From contig JAUVXV010000001.1 in assembly GCA_030603365.1 (NCBI GenBank), positions 576,001-640,000 on the forward strand: DNA of 64,000 nt, written 5' to 3'. This stretch comes from Candidatus Heimdallarchaeota archaeon. Lineage in GTDB: Archaea; Asgardarchaeota; Heimdallarchaeia; Heimdallarchaeales; Heimdallarchaeaceae. Shown piece after piece: positions 60,914 to 64,000 of the stretch. The notes under the pieces are model-generated. The model made no database searches, was not told the DNA's origin, and was given only the letters and a program-made list of their open reading frames with translations. Each line of letters starts with the position of its first letter. Positions within the stretch are counted from its first letter, which is position 1. The translations under genes were made by a program, and so were the position numbers.

Positions 60914-60956
60914 GAGCTAGAATCTCCTTCCTGTTCAGGCAGAAATCCCTCAAGGG
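60914..60956 (+). repeat. Repeat R7 (distal end of array)
   Basis: 42/43 match; downstream ttcttcttttatttt also matches the R1 flank. Confidence 0.95.
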
Positions 60957-61051
60957 TTTTTCTTCTTTTATTTTGGTTTCATTTAGCTGATTACTCTTGT
61001 AAAACTAGTGAAGTGAAAATGATTTTATAGGGTTGTATTTTCTTTTTATCT

Positions 61052-61612
61052 ATGCCACTTATTGAAGATACAAAGGAACTTATCATTCTAGAAACAGATG
61101 AATGGGAAAAATTACCTGAACTTGATCTAGGTAAACTCAAAGATTTTTCATCAGGAGGAAATTATCAAGAAAGAAAGATTATCATTAAGAGTCTTAGAAG
61201 TCTTTTTGATCAGGAAAATGATGTCCTCTATCCGTATATTACCTATTATGATGAACGTGGAAAAGAAAAGACTGAAAGATTAGTTAAGTGTGATAAGATA
61301 ATTAGAGCAATTTTTGCAAAGGAGGATGGTTCTGAAGTCAAAGGAAGGTACAACAATTTTCTAGAAGTTGTTACTGCCGCACAAAGCCTTGGAGCTTTGA
61401 AACAAATAAGAATGTCCTATACTTCTGGAATATATAATTGGTATGAGAAAGCAATCAAACAGTATACTAGCTTCCCACAAGGAATTTTTCCAATGCCAGT
61501 TCTGATTCGTAAAAATATTGGTGTTACTTATGAACAACTACCTAATACTATAAGAAATTACCATGAGATATTGTCACTGGACAAAGAACCTGAATACATG
61601 GAGAGTAAGTAA
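61052..61612 (+). CDS. Hypothetical protein
   Basis: 186-aa soluble ORF. Confidence 0.6.
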   Translation: MPLIEDTKELIILETDEWEKLPELDLGKLKDFSSGGNYQERKIIIKSLRSLFDQENDVLYPYITYYDERGKEKTERLVKCDKIIRAIFAKEDGSEVKGRYNNFLEVVTAAQSLGALKQIRMSYTSGIYNWYEKAIKQYTSFPQGIFPMPVLIRKNIGVTYEQLPNTIRNYHEILSLDKEPEYMESK

Positions 61613-61660
61613 TTCCCCAAAATAAGAAATCAATGAGTTAACCTCATATAACTGTAAGAT

Positions 61661-62437
61661 ATGATGATCTGGTATATCTATCATACTATGGGATTGTTAT
61701 CTATGGAAGAAGCAGTACTTACAAGAACAAAGCGGTTTTTCAGAAAAAATGATATAATCTTCAAAATAGTTCTTCTAATATTTCTAGCCGCGGGTACAGC
61801 ATATGCATTTATTTTTGGTAATGCTCTACTGAAAATCATCGCCTCTCTGTCTCTCGGTGTCCTGATAATTTCATTTACCTCAAATTATGTTTTCAATTAT
61901 CTTTATGGAGAAGCATTCAAGCTTGCGCATGCAATAAATGAGATACTTTACTTGTTCCTAGGGATTCCAATAATGATCATAGCAATAGGTTACTTCCCTC
62001 TTAGTGTTTATATTCTCTTTTTTTCAAGTACAGATAATGAGTGGATACTTCCAATCTTAATTGGCATAATGATAACGATGCAAATATCCTCTTTCACTTA
62101 CATAATAACTAGAAAAAGTAAAGAGAAAGGAAAGAATATCTTCCAGTTTATCAAACATTTGTTCGACTTTAAAGCAAGAGCAGCAGAACAAAGGAAACTT
62201 CAAGAACAAACAGACCAAATAGATAGTTTTTACTCTGACATGGAGAAGGTAAAGGATAGAGTAGATACCACAATGGAACGCAGTACCATAGGTTTTGATG
62301 AGTATGATTGGAAAACAGGTAGGGGGATTAATAAAGAAGTGCGAACCGAGATTGTTTGTTGGAATTGTAAAACAATTAACGAAACAGGAACTCTTGCATG
62401 TACAAAGTGCAGTGCCCCTCTAAAGAAAGAGCAGTAG
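61661..62437 (+). CDS. 4-TM membrane protein with C-terminal zinc ribbon, family B
   Basis: Near-duplicate of 49842..50591 at nucleotide level; probable start MEEAVL. Confidence 0.75.
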   Translation: MMIWYIYHTMGLLSMEEAVLTRTKRFFRKNDIIFKIVLLIFLAAGTAYAFIFGNALLKIIASLSLGVLIISFTSNYVFNYLYGEAFKLAHAINEILYLFLGIPIMIIAIGYFPLSVYILFFSSTDNEWILPILIGIMITMQISSFTYIITRKSKEKGKNIFQFIKHLFDFKARAAEQRKLQEQTDQIDSFYSDMEKVKDRVDTTMERSTIGFDEYDWKTGRGINKEVRTEIVCWNCKTINETGTLACTKCSAPLKKEQ

Positions 62438-62537
62438 TTGTGTTTTTCTTCCTTTGCACTTTTCACGATATCCAATGGCCCTTTTGTATAAATATTTAAG
62501 GAATAAAATGATAGTTTATGATTAAGGAGTTGTTTAA

Positions 62538-63371
62538 ATGGAAGAAGAATTCAAAGATGAGCTACCTGAAGAAACTGAAGAGGAGATTAATGAAGAAGTA
62601 AAAGAAGAACTTGAAGATGAGCTTGAGGAGGAAGTAGAAGAGTTCATTGATGATGAGAAAAAAGAGCTCGAAGAGGAGCTTGAAGACGAAATAGAGGAAG
62701 CTTCAGAAGAAGTGGAAGAAGAACTTGAAGAACAATCTGAGGAAGAAATAGATGAGCTTGTAGAGGAACTTGAAGAAATTGCAGAAGATGAAGAAGAAAT
62801 AGAAGAGATTGAGGAAGAAGCAGTTGAAGAAGTTGTTGAAGAAGCTGTAGAGGACGTTGTAGAAGAAATTCTTGATGAAATGGATGAAGAAGTTCCTGAA
62901 GATGTTGTAGAAGATGTTGTAGAAGATGTTGTAGACGAAGTAGAAGACGAAGTAGAAGAAGTGCAAGTAGTTTCTGAACCTATACCAGAACAGATTCCAG
63001 AGGATGTTAAGAAAATAGGTGGTAATATCCAGATTATCTTGAAAGATGTCGATGGTGATTTCATCCCATTTGGATATGAACTTCAGAAGAATAAACTCAT
63101 TATTAAATCAGATGAAGCAATGAAGGTTAAAGTGGTGTTCTCTTGGTTCTATAAATTGAAGAAGAACAAAGAAGAGATTTTTGGAGCTACCAGACTAAAT
63201 GCAGAAAAGGTTGAGAAAATACTAAGTAATCCTATTTACTTTGGAAAGGTATACTTCCAAGGAACATTTGTAGAAGGTAATCATGAACCAATATTAACAG
63301 AAAGATATTGCAAATTAAATGATATAAATGTTGATGAGGTAAAGGAAAAATATCTTTCTTCAATGGCATAA
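62538..63371 (+). CDS. Glu/Asp-rich protein with C-terminal serine-recombinase DNA-binding ('Recombinase') domain
   Basis: IPFGY...EA.KV..VF, KILSNPIYFG, GNHEPIL motifs; ~150-aa acidic N-terminus; no resolvase catalytic domain. Confidence 0.7.
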   Translation: MEEEFKDELPEETEEEINEEVKEELEDELEEEVEEFIDDEKKELEEELEDEIEEASEEVEEELEEQSEEEIDELVEELEEIAEDEEEIEEIEEEAVEEVVEEAVEDVVEEILDEMDEEVPEDVVEDVVEDVVDEVEDEVEEVQVVSEPIPEQIPEDVKKIGGNIQIILKDVDGDFIPFGYELQKNKLIIKSDEAMKVKVVFSWFYKLKKNKEEIFGATRLNAEKVEKILSNPIYFGKVYFQGTFVEGNHEPILTERYCKLNDINVDEVKEKYLSSMA

Positions 63372-63500
63372 GATAACCAATCGAACAAATTTAAGGAAGA
63401 AAATACTTCCTTTTTTTCTAATTTTACAAAAGAACTACTCTGAACTAGATTATTTTAAGGAAATGTATATATTATGAATTCTCATAACAATTAAATTATA

Positions 63501-63869
63501 ATGTCAACTGATGATTATGGAATTTTTGTTTGTTTTGATATCTATTCTGGTAAAACTGATCCTTACTGGAAATTAACAGATGAACAAATCGAAGAGCTTA
63601 AGGTAAGACTTGAAAATCTGTCTGAAACTAAGATGGTTATTCCAGAACAGTATGTTCATCACGGATTTATCATATATAATAAAGATAAAATCCAAAAAAT
63701 GCCACAAAGAATAGAGATATTCAGAAATGTTGTATCTTATAATAAAGGACACAAAGTACTTTACTTTGAGGATCTTAATAATATAGAAGAATGGTTGTTT
63801 AGTTTAGCCGTTGAACAAGGATTTGGGGAAGTCGTAGATTGGGTTAGGGAACGTGAAGCTGGAAATTGA
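63501..63869 (+). CDS. Hypothetical protein
   Basis: 122-aa ORF, DIYSGKTDPYWKL. Confidence 0.6.
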   Translation: MSTDDYGIFVCFDIYSGKTDPYWKLTDEQIEELKVRLENLSETKMVIPEQYVHHGFIIYNKDKIQKMPQRIEIFRNVVSYNKGHKVLYFEDLNNIEEWLFSLAVEQGFGEVVDWVREREAGN

Positions 63870-63916
63870 AAAGTAAGATTTTTCTTCTTCTTCATCCATT
63901 CTTATCTTGAGGGAAA

Positions 63917-64000
63917 ATGGTAAAATATAACTATTGTAGTCATTGTAGCGCTAAGAATGATTCTTTTAATGATTTTTGCACAGAATGCGGTCAGAAGATT
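63917..64000 (+). CDS. Zinc-ribbon protein, partial (runs off window)
   Basis: MVKYNYCSHCSAKNDSFNDFCTECGQKI. Confidence 0.6.
   Translation, partial: MVKYNYCSHCSAKNDSFNDFCTECGQKI

Noticed and set aside
44755-60956. CRISPR array
   Set aside because: Repeats are separated by 0.7-8.7 kb gene-bearing segments, not 30-45 bp spacers; no cas genes in the window
44755-60956. Classical integron attC sites
   Set aside because: No RYYYAAC...GTTRRRY ends or long imperfect palindrome (only short cctg-tt-cagg and ccct-c-aggg), and no intI in the window
62534-63064. Ser-rich 176-aa minus-strand ORF and other short antisense ORFs in the track (e.g. 16043-16576, 35071-35499, 39414-39743)
   Set aside because: Shadows of well-supported genes on the opposite strand; composition mirrors the sense codons

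Overview
AT-rich archaeal chromosomal segment. Gene content (Smc5/6-type SMC operon, PAC2 chaperone, NosD/PbH1 surface-protein arrays with C-terminal TM+basic tails, oligo-T terminators) suggests an Asgard archaeon, probably Heimdallarchaeia (inference). Positions 1-44.3 kb hold mostly housekeeping genes: GH57 alpha-galactosidase/galT, an Smc5/6-kleisin-Kite-RING operon, ABC transporter parts, pgk, a FixC/GGR-ferredoxin-SCP2 cluster and a P1B ATPase. The most striking structure begins at ~44.47 kb. It is an unannotated ~330-nt structured RNA gene whose ends pair into a bulge-helix-bulge (BHB) splice motif at the tRNA 37/38 position of a Cys(GCA)-like anticodon arm, predicting a ~266-nt excised and probably circular RNA carrying repeated GAACCCC motifs. 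The 3' ~43 bp of this RNA gene (3' BHB strand followed by a T-tract) recurs as 6 further direct copies out to 60.96 kb. These copies delimit integron-like cassettes of diversified surface and membrane proteins, with no integrase in the window. A catalytically incomplete serine-recombinase-domain protein with a very acidic N-terminus lies just downstream. All calls come from reading motifs by eye; no database searches or folding programs were run.
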